The translations under genes and the position numbers were made by a program. Of a DNA stretch of 64,000 nt, positions 13,399 to 28,040 are shown one piece after another. The DNA is taken from assembly GCF_009914755.1 (NCBI RefSeq), contig NC_060939.1, one strand, 5' to 3'. Below the pieces are notes generated by a model. That model was not told the DNA's origin. It made no database searches and worked only from the letters and a program-made list of their open reading frames with translations. This DNA comes from the human T2T-CHM13v2.0 reference genome, Homo sapiens. Numbering within the stretch: the stretch's first letter is position 1; each line of letters begins with the position of its first letter.

Positions 13399-16300
13399 AA
13401 TGGTAGAGAATGAATAAGACGGAAGAGAGCAGTTTGGGCCAAACTAGCCTTTTGGGAGCTTGCGAGACCTAGGCTGACTGGGTGAAAAATCATATGCATT
13501 TGGTGCAGGTACCAGCCCAGGCCTTGGCATTTCCTGTACATTCGCTGGCATGCGCTGCCTCTCGGCTGGCTGGACATTGATCATATCCTTTCACTGCGAT
13601 GGGGCTCGTGGGAGTGCTGCCTATCTGTGGGAGGAGCAGAAGGATGGGCCTGATTTTCTTCGGGTCAGCCATCATGACCTGACAGGCTGCCAGCTGTGGT
13701 GGCAGGAGTGTGACAAGCTGAGAGGGCAAAGAGGACAAAGAAGGACCACAGTGTTGAAGGAGGCCAGGGGCTTGCCTCAGCCTAAGTCCCACCTGTAATA
13801 GTCAGTGACAGGTTAGCATCAGTGCCTGTGTGTACCATGTCCCAATCTTCATAAGGATCCTAGGCTGTAGCTTCCAGACCCTGCCTTTTACATCCAAAGA
13901 AACAGGCTTCAGGAGGTGAGGTGACTTGTCTTCAGCCAACCAGCTCAAAAATGGCAGATGAGAGCCAGGCCACCCTGTTCCCAGTCTAGGGTCTGTCTTT
14001 CCACACCCTGTGGTTGTCATAGTCTAGCAGAGTCCGGACTGGTGTTGTGTGTTATAGTATATTCTGGCCCTGTGATGACAGAGTCTGCTTTGGAAGAAGC
14101 CATGTGAGCCTCGTGCCCATAAGGGATGACATAGGCGAAGCAGAATGAGTGAAATACTGGCCAATGATAAGCAGCCTTGCTGTTACTGCTTTGCAATGGG
14201 CCATTTCTTTAGTGAAGAGCTGCTAGACTTTGAGGAAGAAAAGGCTCTAGCCACTAGTGAAAATGAACCAGGAATAGATGGGGACCAAAACCTTGTAAAG
14301 CCAAGGGTGTGAGGAGACAGACACTCTCACACGTGCTGAGTGTGGGATTATAAATTCACTGGGCTTCTATCTAGAGAGCAGTTTGGCAATGGGGCTGCTT
14401 TTACTTGCAAGTAAACAAAACTCAGTTGAAGGTGGTTTACATAGGAATAAAAACAGCAAAAAGTGGTTAAAAAGTGGTTTAAATAAGACATTTCAAAATG
14501 ACATTTGTTACCTCATGTAAACAAGAAGTCCAAAGTCTGGGCTGTTGGGGGAGTTAGTTTGAAGACCCAGGCTTATTTCCTCTTTCCTCGCCTCAGTGTT
14601 TGATGTTTGCCTTCAAGCTTGTTTCCTCATGATCTCAGTGTGGCTGTTGCTGCTCCACCCATCGTATCCTTATTCCATATCCTTATTCAGAGTGATGTCC
14701 ACAGGCAGGAAAAGAGGAAAGAACAGAAAAGATGCAAATCAGCATGTATTCTGAGATCCCATTTTTTTGTTCGCAAAAATAAACACCTTCACATTTTTCT
14801 TTCCCCCCCCCCACCTGACACCATCACAATAAAAGTCTTAATTTTTTCAGCACCATAAGATGGTGAAAAAAAAGTCTTAATTTTTGATTGTGAATATCAA
14901 TTTCTGGAACCAAGAATTTTGGTTATTTCTGGGCCATGGGATGGTGCTGTGGTTTTGTTTTCCATTTCATGCCCTTCTTGGCTGTTTGAATTTTATAAAT
15001 ATCACTGCATGTATTACCTTTATAATACAAAAGAAAGTGATAGGTGTTTTCTTAGTAGGGGTGGGAGATATTAAAGAGAGGAAACCAAGGCCCTAACAGG
15101 GGCATTATCTGAGACATGATGTGATAGGATAGGAGTGCATTTAGCTGTGTGTGATCAGCCTAGAGGGAGGTTGGGGAAGGGGAAAAGTCCAGGAGTGAAA
15201 TAAGGTCATTTTAAATCTCTTTTGGTACCTGGCACAGTGTCTTCTACCTAGTAGAGACAAAAACTCATTTGAAGTATGAATGAATGTTTAGGTCAAGACC
15301 TAACACAACTTTATGAGGGGCTGAAACCCAACCAAGCAGCTCAAGTCAGCAAGAAAGTACATTCTGCTGGAAATTTATCTTGCAAAGAAGTATGACTGTC
15401 ATTTCCTACCTTTTCCTTGAGCTCCCAGAATCTAATTCATTGCTAAGGAAACAGTTTAAGTATGAGACCTTCTGTTCATCATCTGTCTCCTACTGAAGGC
15501 TATTGTCCCAGGATCTGGATAATAAAGCTGTATAAGGTTTTTACAACTGAGGGTAGAGCAAAGGCAAGAAACCACCATCTCATGTTAACTGTGTTAATAG
15601 TCTGTGGCTTGAATGGAGTCTAGATGTTTAAAGTCTACTAAGTATAGAATGAACAGTCATTTTTTTTTAAAGGAAAAATAAAGTTCTTTGATACCCTGGA
15701 CTAATACATAAAAAATTGTTATCTTAATGATGTGACACAGATAACAGTTGTGAGATAGGGATTTTCAACCTGATTGGCCAGTATTAGTAGAAGAGTGTGA
15801 ATATGCCTGTTGGTGAGATGAAAGAATTATATGTAGTGGTATTTTCAAGTCTAATTCTCTTCCATATACAAAAATAAAATGGGTATTGAAGGCCTTTTTA
15901 ATGGCAAGGGTGGAAGGAGGGGAGGTAGAGTACTACCCTTACATTGTGCCATAGTCTTAATTCCCTTGCTCCAGGGTTCTAAGTTTGATGCTCATAAATC
16001 AAAAGAAAGAATGTTGTAACTGACATTTCTATTGAGTTACTTTTAACTTTTGTACCCTTGGGTTTTAGCATTGAGGCCTTCTGCAATGGCCACCGGATAC
16101 CCACTTTATTCAGACAATGATAATATCGTTGAGCTATGGTAAGATCATTTCCTTTGGAACAAAATGAAAAGCTTTCAGTGTTCACAATTGGAGGAAAATG
16201 TAAAAGCTTAGTAGGCCTCCTCTGCTGCAGGGTGAAGAGTTTGTGTTTGAACACCATCCACTTTGCTCCTCAAATGTGCAGTGGAATGATTCCAGTGTGC

Positions 16301-16757
16301 TTTTGAAATACAGAAAACAAGTGTACCTTTTCAGTGTGTGTGTGTATTTATGCATGTGTGTGTTTAATGGGTTCTTGGAAATACTTGGAAGAAAAGTAAT
16401 ATTTAACATCTTTTTTTGGGATCATTTTGGGATCCAAAGAATCTGAGATCATTGGTACGTTATGTTCCAGAGTAGCCCCGAGTTAAATTTCTTGAGAGAG
16501 AGAGAAAGTGCATGTGTTTGTGTGTGTGCATAAGTATTACTCTAAAGACCAAATGTCATGCTTACTTGACATGATCTTAGTATATATCCTTATCTGCTTC
16601 TCAGTCTATATTATATCTGCAGATTTTGTGACTAAGTGGTGTAATTTTACATGAATTCTGCATCTGCATCAGAAAGTATGATAACAATTAATGATACTAA
16701 CACTTCTATGTCACTAAACAGTGCTTGATACTGTTCTAAGTACTTAACATGTATTAA

Positions 16758-16930
<173 letters not shown>

Positions 16931-17251
16931 TTTTTTTTTTTTTTTTTTTTGAGATGGAGTTTCGCTCTTCTTGTCCAGGCTGGAGTACAAGCTCATGTTG
17001 CCCAGGCTGGAGTACAATGGCGTGATCTTGGCTCACGGCAACCTCCGCCTCCCGGGTTCAAGCGATTCTCCTGCCTGAGTAGCTGGGATTATAGGCATGT
17101 GCCATCAAGCCCAGCTAATTTTTTGTATTTTTAGTAGAGATGGGGTTTCTCCATGTTGGTCAGGCTGCTCTCGAACTCCCGACTTCAGGTGATCCACCTG
17201 CCTCAGCCTCCCAAAGTGCTGGGATTACAGGCGTGAGCCACCATGCCCAGC
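16931..17251 (-). mobile_element. AluSq/Sp with an internal duplication
   Basis: gagtttcgctctt...; ccaggctggagtacaa repeated. Sits within a MIR (16680-16757, 17265-17390). Confidence 0.93.
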
Positions 17252-17657
17252 TTATTTGGTTTTTATAGTAACGCTATTGATTCCATTTTTACCAAGGAAC
17301 TGAGATACAGAGAGATTTAGTAACTTGCCCAAGGTGAAATAACTAGTAAATGGTGGGGGTAGGTTCAAAATCAGGCAGTTTGCTATTTCTTATTTAAAGC
17401 CACAATTCATGAGAATTGAGCCATTCTCAAATGTACAGGTTATTCTTGTAAATTGGAGACTATTGTATCAGTGTTACAAATGACCTATTGTAATCTCCCA
17501 TCCAAGAACTAACCATTTCTGACCCTGCTTAGTGTCAATAGTCAGGTGCATTCAGGGTGGTGTGGCTGGAGATGATCTTATATGATCTGAGCCCCTTGCT
17601 TCATGAACAATATTTTCAGTTACTTTACACAGTAAGCACGTACTTAAACAATTATTT

Positions 17658-17977
17658 GGCTGGGCGCAGTGGCTCATGCCTGTAATCCCAGTACTTTGGG
17701 AGGCTGAGATGGGAGGCTCACTTGAGGTTAGGAGTTCGAGACCAGCCTGGCCAACATGGTGAAACCCTGTCTCTACTAAAAATACAAAAATTAGCTGTGC
17801 ATGGTGGCATACGCCTGTAGTCCCAGCTACCTGGGGGTTGAAGCAGGAAAACTGCTTGAACCTGGGAGGCGGAGGTTGCGGTGAGCTGAGATCATGCCAC
17901 TGCACTCCAGCCTGGATGACAGAGTGAGACTCCGTCTCAAATAAACAAACAAACAAAAACCCCACCAAACCAAAAAA
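17658..17977 (+). mobile_element. AluS
   Basis: Full Alu. TSD caattattt. Confidence 0.95.
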
Positions 17978-18699
17978 CCCAATTATTTTAATTATAAATC
18001 TGAACTGCATTAAAAGATAGTAAATTTAGCTAGTCAACATGAATAACTTTTAACAGAGAGTTAGTTGTCTCTTCTGTTTCCTTAGGGAAGAAAGATGAGT
18101 TCCTTCAGTTCCCAAATGAGTCCTCAATTCAACATGAGTGATTTCACCAGAATAAAATCTTCTTACTTCTGCAAAAAGCAGCTAATGCTTTCGGAAGCTA
18201 AATAATCCCAATGTGTGACTCCTGCCAGTTTCTTTTCTTTGAAACCTCAGCAGCAGCATAACTAGTGATTCACCCTTCTTGAAATGAATGCTGTGATTCG
18301 CGTTATGCACAGATGGCTACTGAATGCCCAGGTCACAGCCTTTGCGTCTGGCCTTGACTCGTTAATAAGAACAGGAACTGGGCATGGTGTATTGCACAGT
18401 GATTAAGGGCTTAAAGCTAAGAGCAGTGCCTGGCCCCAAGTACAACATGAGTAGAACTTTGCTGCTGCTATTTTTGCTGTTGTATATTGGGCTCTACCTT
18501 GTGCTGGGCACTACGTTAAGCACTCTATGTGCATTGCCTAATTGAATTCTCATCACATTCCCATGAAGTAGTTGATGGTTTTGTTTTTATCTTCATTTTC
18601 AAATGTAGAAACTGAAGCTTAAGGTTATGACATTTGCCCAAGACCATGCAGCTGGTAAGTGGTTAGCGCCATGGTACGAACCAAGTTAAAAAACATTTT

Positions 18700-19610
<911 letters not shown>

Positions 19611-20541
19611 ATCAAACTTGATATGGATTTTGACTCCATAGCCTATGGACTTACCTGGTAAGAACAATTTTAACAATTATAGCGCTCTTGCTATACGGAA
19701 GGTGTTGTGCTGATATGTAATAATGAATATAACTTGATTTCTGCCCTCTAGGAGTTTATAGTCCAGTGGAAGAGAAAGACTCAGAAATCACATAATCATA
19801 GTCCAACACAGAATCCATGCATAGGGCACTGTTGGAGCACTGGGAGAGTCTACTTCAATCTGTGGGTTCAGGACGGGGTCGCTAAAGTCTTGCAGAAAGA
19901 AGTCAGTCTTCTGGGATATGGCTTCTTCGGGAAGGTGACATTTAACCTGAGGCTGGGGGGGATGAAAATAGAGTCATGTGAAGAGGAATGGATCAGAAGC
20001 CTGTGTAGCCACAGGGAGGAAGTGAACAGGTGATGGTAGGCTGAGGTCAAAGAGCCCTGGAGTCCATGGCATTTGTAAACCATTGCTGGCCTTGAAGTAG
20101 AGAGCCAATGTTGCTATGAAGCAGTCAAAACGGTTCTCCTTCATCAGCCTGTGACCCACAGGGGACCCGCAGGCCTTTGTGGAGGCTGCCTCCATTTGGC
20201 GGAGTGGTGGTGTTGGAGAAAATGGCCTTACTGACTCCTGAACTAGGAAGCTCCTGATCCTAACTCTCTTAGTATCTCATCTTGCGAATTACTAAGACAG
20301 GGTCTTTAAGATGTCTTATTTATTTTTTGATGTACATTTTGTAAATTAATTTTTATAATGCTTCAAAAGCTAATTTTTAAATTATAAAAGTAATAGAATC
20401 ACATTACAGAAGCCAGAAAATGGAGAAAAAACCCCCACTATCATTTTATTATATAGTTTTTCCCATCGTTTTAATTGTAGGGTATAGATTATTTTATGTT
20501 ATCCCCGTGTCCTTTGACATGTGACGAGCCTTTTTTCTTGA

Positions 20542-20938
<397 letters not shown>

Positions 20939-21798
20939 TAATTGTAATGAGAAAAAACCAATAGATGCTTATTGTAAAGCATTTGGAAAATACAGAAAAG
21001 TATAAGATGAAAATTAAAAACTTTTCAGTTCTACCATGAAGATAAACACATGTTAATATTTGGGTATATTTCTTTTTTCCCCTCTGCTTTTATTTACATA
21101 TATGTATGCTTTTCTTTCCTTTTTTGTTTTTTTGAATACAAATTGGGGTTTTTTTTCCTGCAAGCAAGATACTGTTAATGGGGATTTTGGATGGCCATAT
21201 AATGAAATAGGAAAACGATTAATGGAAGCCCAGGAGGAAAGACTTGGTGTTATTATAGGTTTGTATCATATCACCATTTTCCTGTTCTATTTGGAGGAAG
21301 AGGGAAAGGGGAAAGGAAGCCAGCCCTTATTGTGTGCCTGCCACGCACCTGGTCCTGCAGTGCTGGGAAGCACTGTGAGCTCTGACTCCCAGAAAAGTAG
21401 ACGCTGGCACTGTGGGAAAGTGGGACCCTCATGGCAGCGTGTTGTTTGAAAAACCAGTCTTTCAAACATAATAACTGAGCATGTTGGAAAACCAGGCTGG
21501 CGTCATGGTGTAAATTGAGTTTACTCAAACCGGCAGGTTGTTGGGAAGGTACACATACCTCTATTGTTTTAACCCACTTGAAGATTAAAATGTGGGAAGA
21601 GCATTTTGAATAGAGAACACAGTACTTTATCATTTGGTGCAGAGGCCTTGTATTTTTAACAAAAATTGCCCCAAAGTTTCCTCCAAATGCATTAAATCCA
21701 TGTTTTTGTTGTTTAACCATGAATATTTTGAAAAAATTTATTATTCTGAAAATCCAGGCCCTTTAAATTTTATTTTTGCTCTCACAAATCCTTCTTTC

Positions 21799-22190
21799 CT
21801 TTTGAGTTGGCACATAATTGTACATACTTATGAGAAAACAAAGTGATATTTTGATACATGTATACAATGTGTGATGAACATTAATAGAGGATTGGCTAAA
21901 TTATGATATATATAAAGTGCTCAGAGAGGTGGAGGAGGTAATAAGATAGAAGGTGGACTTTTTAGGGAAGTCCTTTAGAGTAATTAGTATATTCATCACC
22001 TCAAACATTTGTCAGTCCTTTGCATTGTGAACATTTGAAATCCTATCTTCTAGCTATCTGAAAATGTACAATAAATTAACTTATTTCTCCTATCTAGCTG
22101 TAACTTTGACCTGTTCACCAACTTCTTTCTATCCTACCCTCTTCTCTACCTTTGCTAGCCTCTAATAACCATGATTCCACTCTCTACTTC
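21799..22190 (-). mobile_element. L1MA 3' end with a 99-bp internal insertion
   Basis: ataattgtacata...atattttgatacatgtatacaatgtg...taattag.atattcatcacctcaaacattt. Confidence 0.8.
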
Positions 22191-22549
22191 TTCAATATTT
22201 AATTTAATCCCCAAATTCTAATTGTAGTCCGTATTTGAATACTTCATATTATTGGTCACAATTTTGGGCTTTGTATTATTGGTCACAATTTTGGTTGATT
22301 ATTTTTTGAAAAGTAGAATCTTGTTTTCTGAAGCCAGGCTTAATCACCTGAAGACCCAGGACATCTATAGTTGTTTTTTTTTTTTTTCCTAACAAAATTC
22401 TGTATGCGGAAAATAGGAAAAATAATACAAGAAAGACACAAGAAATGGACAGTGCTACATTTCTGATTTTACATCTTCATGACAATGAGTAAAGATCTCT
22501 GAGTTTTGTCTTCGGAGCGGAGTATGGAATCTGTCCATTGAGGATTGCA

Positions 22550-22687
22550 GGTCGAGTGCAGGGGCTCATGCCTGTAATCCTAGCACTCTGGGCGGGGAGC
22601 CTCCAGCACTGAGGCTGGAGGATTGCTTCAGCCCAGGAGTTTGAGACCAGCCTGGGCAACATGGTGAGACCCCATCTCCATGAAAAC
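22550..22687 (+). mobile_element. FLAM / left Alu monomer
   Basis: Single monomer ending gagaccccatctc. Confidence 0.85.
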
Positions 22688-22826
22688 TTAGACACTAAAT
22701 AAAACTCACTATTTTCATTCTTATTAATCTTATTTATTACTTGGAGATATCCTTAGAGGCTCTAGGTGTGTAAGTCTCCTTGTTCCTACCCTAAATAGCT
22801 ATAGAAATTGCTGTATTTCTAATACC

Positions 22827-23118
22827 TTTTTTTTTTTTTAATGGGGTCTCACTGTGTCACCAAAGTGGTGGTGCAGTGGCATAATCAAAGCTCACTGCAG
22901 CCTCAAACTCCTGGGCTCAAGTGATCTTCCTACCTAAGCCTCTCGAGTAGTTGGGAGTAGAGATGTGCACCATCATGCCTAGCCAAGTTTTAAATTTTTT
23001 TGTTTGTAGAGATGGGGGTCTTGCTATGTTGGCCAGGCTGGTCTTGAACTCCTGACCTCAGGCCCGCCTCGGCCTCCCAAAGTGCTGGGATTATAGGCGT
23101 GAGCCATTGCACCCAGCC
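22827..23118 (-). mobile_element. AluJ-like
   Basis: Full Alu antisense. Confidence 0.92.
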
Positions 23119-23389
23119 TCTTCTCATTCTTAGGTCTGCCTTTTGTGGTTCTTCTGTCACTTTCTGTAACTGATACTGTTAGCAGCTTATGCTTTTGTTG
23201 CTTCTACTTGGCTTTGGGCTAAGGATTGTAACTTCCATCTGTGTCAAGTTGTGTGTGAAGGAGGCTGAGTTTGAATTGTGTTTTATGCTGGGTGCTGTGC
23301 TTGAGGCAGCTTGTTGCCTAAAAAGAAAATGGTGGGCTTCACAGCACACACAGCTTTGGATGCTCAAAGCCCATTTGAGCTTCCATTCA

Positions 23390-23776
<387 letters not shown>

Positions 23777-24554
23777 TTATTTAAATGAAAGGTACCCTGT
23801 TTTATCATCTCTAGTCATAACTACGCTTTAAGGATTTGATAATTTTTTTTTAGATTTTTCTGTAACTTTATATTTTTTACAGAGATGGGGTTACTCTATG
23901 TTATTTTGGTACTGATTTTTGTATTTTTAAAAATATATTTGTATACTTTCTATGGCTGTGTATATAAATTTTTGTTGGTTGTTTTTAATAGCTTCCTGGT
24001 GTTCCTTGGTATAGATATATCGTAATTTAGCCAATCTTCTATTAATGGATATTTGGACTATTATAAATACCTCATATATAAGTATTTGTACTCTCTGAAG
24101 TGTTTGTATAATTCTTCTGTTCAGAGTTAATTACTGGAAATAGGGTTGGACGGTGTATACATTGAGCCAGTGCGCCCAGCTGCTTTTTTCTTTTTTAAAT
24201 GCAGAATTTTAAGCCTCAACTCCAAACCGTCCGTCAGAATTTCCAAGAATGGGTCTCAGGGATTTGAATTTTTAAAAAGTTCCCAAGTGATTCTGCTGGT
24301 GCCCGAGTTCTAGCATGCCTAAGACATTTCCTTACCAGCTCGAGTGTTTCATAAAATATGTTCAATTCAAAGGTGGATGGTTGTGGAAAATTATTCAAAA
24401 CAGCTTCAACCTGATGAAGTGTTTAGTTGTCCTTGAAGAATCATTTCATTTGAGCCTTCATGCTTTAATACCTATCCTTTTTTCTACTACCAATTCTTCT
24501 GAACTTAGTAGCACTCCAAATTGGCTCATTCTCAAATTTCCTTATGACGCATTC

Positions 24555-25461
24555 TGTGGTAAAGACTGCTAATTTTATATCCAGCAGTCTTTATATTCTC
24601 CTCTTCTTCAGTAACCAAAAACTTGATTTTTTTGGAGGGTGTACAGTGTGCCATGCCAAAAGACAGTATTTCCCAGCCTCCCCTTCTCCTGTTGATGGGC
24701 TAGTGAGTTAAGCTCTAGTAAGTGAAATGTGAAGGCTTGTGGAAAGGTTCTAGGGACTGACTTCTATGGACAATGTACCCTTTTTCTTTTTCTCTGTCCT
24801 TCTACATACTGCTTGGAACATGGACACAATGGCTGAAGTCCAGCAGCCATCTTGGATTGTGAGGTAACGATGAAGATGGAAGCCATGTGATATGGCTTGG
24901 ATGTTTTGTCCCCTGTAAATCTCATGTTGAATTGTAATCCCCCATGTTAGAGGTGGGGCCTGGTGGGAGGTGTTTGGGTCATGGGAGTAGATCCCTCATG
25001 AATGGCTTGGTGCTCTCCCCATAGTGAGTGAGTGAGTTCTTGTTCTATTTCATGTGAGAGCTGGTTGCTTAAAAGGGTCTGGCACCTCTGTTGCTCCTGC
25101 TCTTGCCATGTGGCATGCCTACTCCATCTTTACCTTCTGCCATGAGTAAAAGCTTCCTGAGGCCTCACTAGAAGCTGAGCAGATGCTGGTGCCATGCTTG
25201 CACAGCCTGCAGAACGGTGAGCCAAGTAAACCTCTTTTCTTTATAAATTACACAGCCTCAGGTATTCCTTTACACCAATGCCAAATGGACTAGCACACCA
25301 TGCTCTAAGTAGGGCATAAAGAAAGGAGCCTGGATCCCTAATGACTGCAGAGCCATGATCCCAGCCCTGGACTGCTTGCCTCCACACTTCTGTCTTATTG
25401 GTTAAGCCAAAATTATTTTGGGTTTTCCGTTACATGCTGCAGAACCTAACCTAACGAATAC
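24555..25461 (+). mobile_element. MLT1-type (MaLR) LTR, host of a nested MST LTR
   Basis: atttcccagcctccc...cagcagccatcttgga.tgtgagg | ...aaggagcctggatccctaatgac...agccctggactgc. Confidence 0.7.
24888..25297 (+). mobile_element. MSTA/MSTB solo LTR
   Basis: TGATATGG...GGACTAGCACA, TG..CA ends, perfect 5-bp TSD ccatg (24883-24887, 25298-25302). Confidence 0.92.
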
Positions 25462-27689
25462 CCCTGCTCTCTGTTGGTTTCACAGTGTGTCTCCAACACC
25501 ATCTTGAAGGTGCAGTGACTTGCATATAGTAGGTGCTTGGTAAGTGTTTGACAAGTTAAGTACCCAATGGCATTGAGGTAAAGAGTTCAAAGGCTTCAGC
25601 TGCTCTGACCTGTCCCCTTTTCTGCTTTAGATTAAGTTATTCATGGGGACCTTTTGTTTTTTGCCATCTCACCCCCCAGGAAGGTATTTCCCAGCCCTCA
25701 GTGCAGGGCTTTAGGGCTACAGGCTTGAATCATTTTGACAAGACAGCAGGCAGAAGACATTGGAGATTCTAACTGCACATATGCGTAATTCCAAATGAAA
25801 ATATAAGGGGTGGGCACTTTTCTGAATCTCCTAGAGAAACTGGAGGTGGTGGTTCAAATGATGTCAGAAAAGGCCACCATTGAATCCTTTGCTATCATTT
25901 GGAGGCTGTACTTTCCACAATGCTTGCCAGGACTTGATGTCAGGGAAGACTTTCAAGGAGCCTTGATTGCCAGCTATTGACGAAGGGGTCTGTCTGCTCA
26001 GTGGCAACCTCCATGGTGGTCTTGGCCAGACCAGCCTGCCCCTGACTCATGCTGAGCTTTGTCAGCCAGGTTGAAACGCCCCTCTTTGGGGCCCAGGACA
26101 ACATGCTGGTTTCCCGGAAGCATCTGGGCCAAGACTCTGCTGCTAAGAAAATGATATTGTTTTTGCAAGCATGGGAGTGTGTTTAAAATGCTTCCCCTTT
26201 CCCCCCAACAACATTAAACCTCCATGCAAAGAAACACGAGGTTAAAAACCATCTCCCAAACCCAGAAAACAGAATGCAAAACCTGGGAGGTGAATTAACT
26301 CTTTACTGATGCCAAGGAGTTTATTTCAAAACAGGATTCATCGACTACAGGGATTTGCAGTCTGCCCTCCTGTGTGCCCACTGAGAGCAATGGGCAGAGG
26401 CTGACCCGCAGCCCTTTGTGGGGAAAAGTAAATTCCATGGCAGACCTCAGTGGCTGAAGATTATTTGCTTCTCCTGGAAATAATTAGAAAAATACTTACT
26501 CTTTGAAAGGCAACATCTGGCTGGCTAGAGGCAGGCTGGAAAATACTCAATCTAAATAGATGGAGGTGACGTTGTGCAGAAGGAAAGAAACATCCCGAGG
26601 GAGTGTCCAGTGGGTTTTAATGGCCGTGTCTAGAGAGGCACTCCTGCTCTGTACAAGGGCTGGCTTCTTCCCTGGATCTAGGGGTTGCCCCTGCCTTTTA
26701 GAAGACAGATGCACAGCCCCAGAGCCTAGTTGCCTCCCCTGACCCCCTCCAAGCCTTCCATAGAGGAAAGGGGCCTCCCATAGCACTGGCTGATGCTCAG
26801 AGCCAAGAGTTTGCTGCCCAGGGAGTACCTTGAGCTAGTGCTGGGTGTCAGACTTGACTTTCCAACTACTTCCAGTGCAATTCAAGGTGTTGATTTTGAC
26901 TGCTGGAACTGTCTCTTCCTTCTCAGCCCTTTCTCAAGGCTGCCTGTGTGCTTGTTCTTATTAACCAAGCCCAGAAGCCAGGGATCTGGAAGCCTGGCAG
27001 TATTTCCAGGAAAGTAGCTTATTTCTTTCACTTGCTTCTCCCTGCTGAGCTTAGAACGGCCCAGCTTTGGACCTCTTGAAACATCAGGGCAAATTTTTCC
27101 CCCTCTTTCAATTTGCATCTACCTGCTGGTGAAAAAAGCAGAACAGCATCTTCATGGATTTATGAACGCTCAGAGTTTTTAAAATGTTTTATAGCTTGTA
27201 AGATATTTTCAAGTGAAGAATGCAGTTCTAATAAATCCAATGAACCTGTCACAGATTTTCTGAAACCAAGTGTCTATGAAAAACTATGGTGATGACATGT
27301 TGAAGGTGCTTATTGAAAAATATGGATCCTTGTAGCGAACATTTTTGCAAAGGGTGCATTTTCACATAAAAATGCTTTTAGTAGTGGCTTCGTTTAGTTA
27401 TTCTGCAGCTACTTGGCTGTGGGTTCCCAGAGAGCCCTGAGGCAACCTTTATAAAAGGCCTAGGTTTGACTTCTCTTTGGTCACTTCAGCTTTAGAGCAC
27501 CCTAAGAAGGCTCAGAGAACCCCAAATTTCTTCCCAGTAAAGAGGTCATGGAATAAATCTGGAGGAACTCAAGAGGGGCGCCTGCTTTTGAACAGTCATT
27601 AGCCAAACATGGGTAGATTCCTATTAATCATGTCAAGAGGGTACTTGGGAATCAAGTTCATGTGGAATTGGGAGATTAAAAGGGTTAGG

Positions 27690-28040
27690 AGTCCTTGGAG
27701 CCGTAAGACCCCTGAAGTTCCAACTATGCTACTTGCTTTCTGTGTAATCTTGGATAAGAAATCACTTGACCTTTCTGAGCCTTGATTTCCTTACCTGTAA
27801 AATGGGAATGCTAATCATTGTACTGCCCACCATACTGTCTTTTTATGTGAATCAACAAAGCCACATTTGTATTGGTGCTTTCTTTCCTTTCTTTTTTTTG
27901 AAATATGAGATGCTTCATGAATTTGCATATCATCTTTGTGCAAGGGACATGCTAATCTCTATTGTTTTAATTTTAGTATATGTGCTGCTGAAGTGAGCCC
28001 ATATTGGCACTTTCTAAAGTGTAAGGTGCTGCGTCCACAT
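27690..28040 (+). mobile_element. MIR interrupted by the U6 retrocopy
   Basis: atcacttgacctttctgagccttgatttccttacctgtaaaatggg core; resumes ctttctaaagtgtaaggtgct after the TSD. Confidence 0.7.
27901..28000 (-). pseudogene. U6 snRNA processed pseudogene (RNU6-type retrocopy)
   Basis: Reverse complement aligns along all of U6 (GGGCTCACTTCAGCAGCACATATACTAAAATT...GATTAGCATGTCCCTTGCACAAAGATGATATGCAAATTCATGAAGCATCTCATATTT). About 5-nt deletion across the ACAGAGA box. A-tail 27884-27899. TSD tattggtgctttct / tattggcactttct. Confidence 0.95.
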
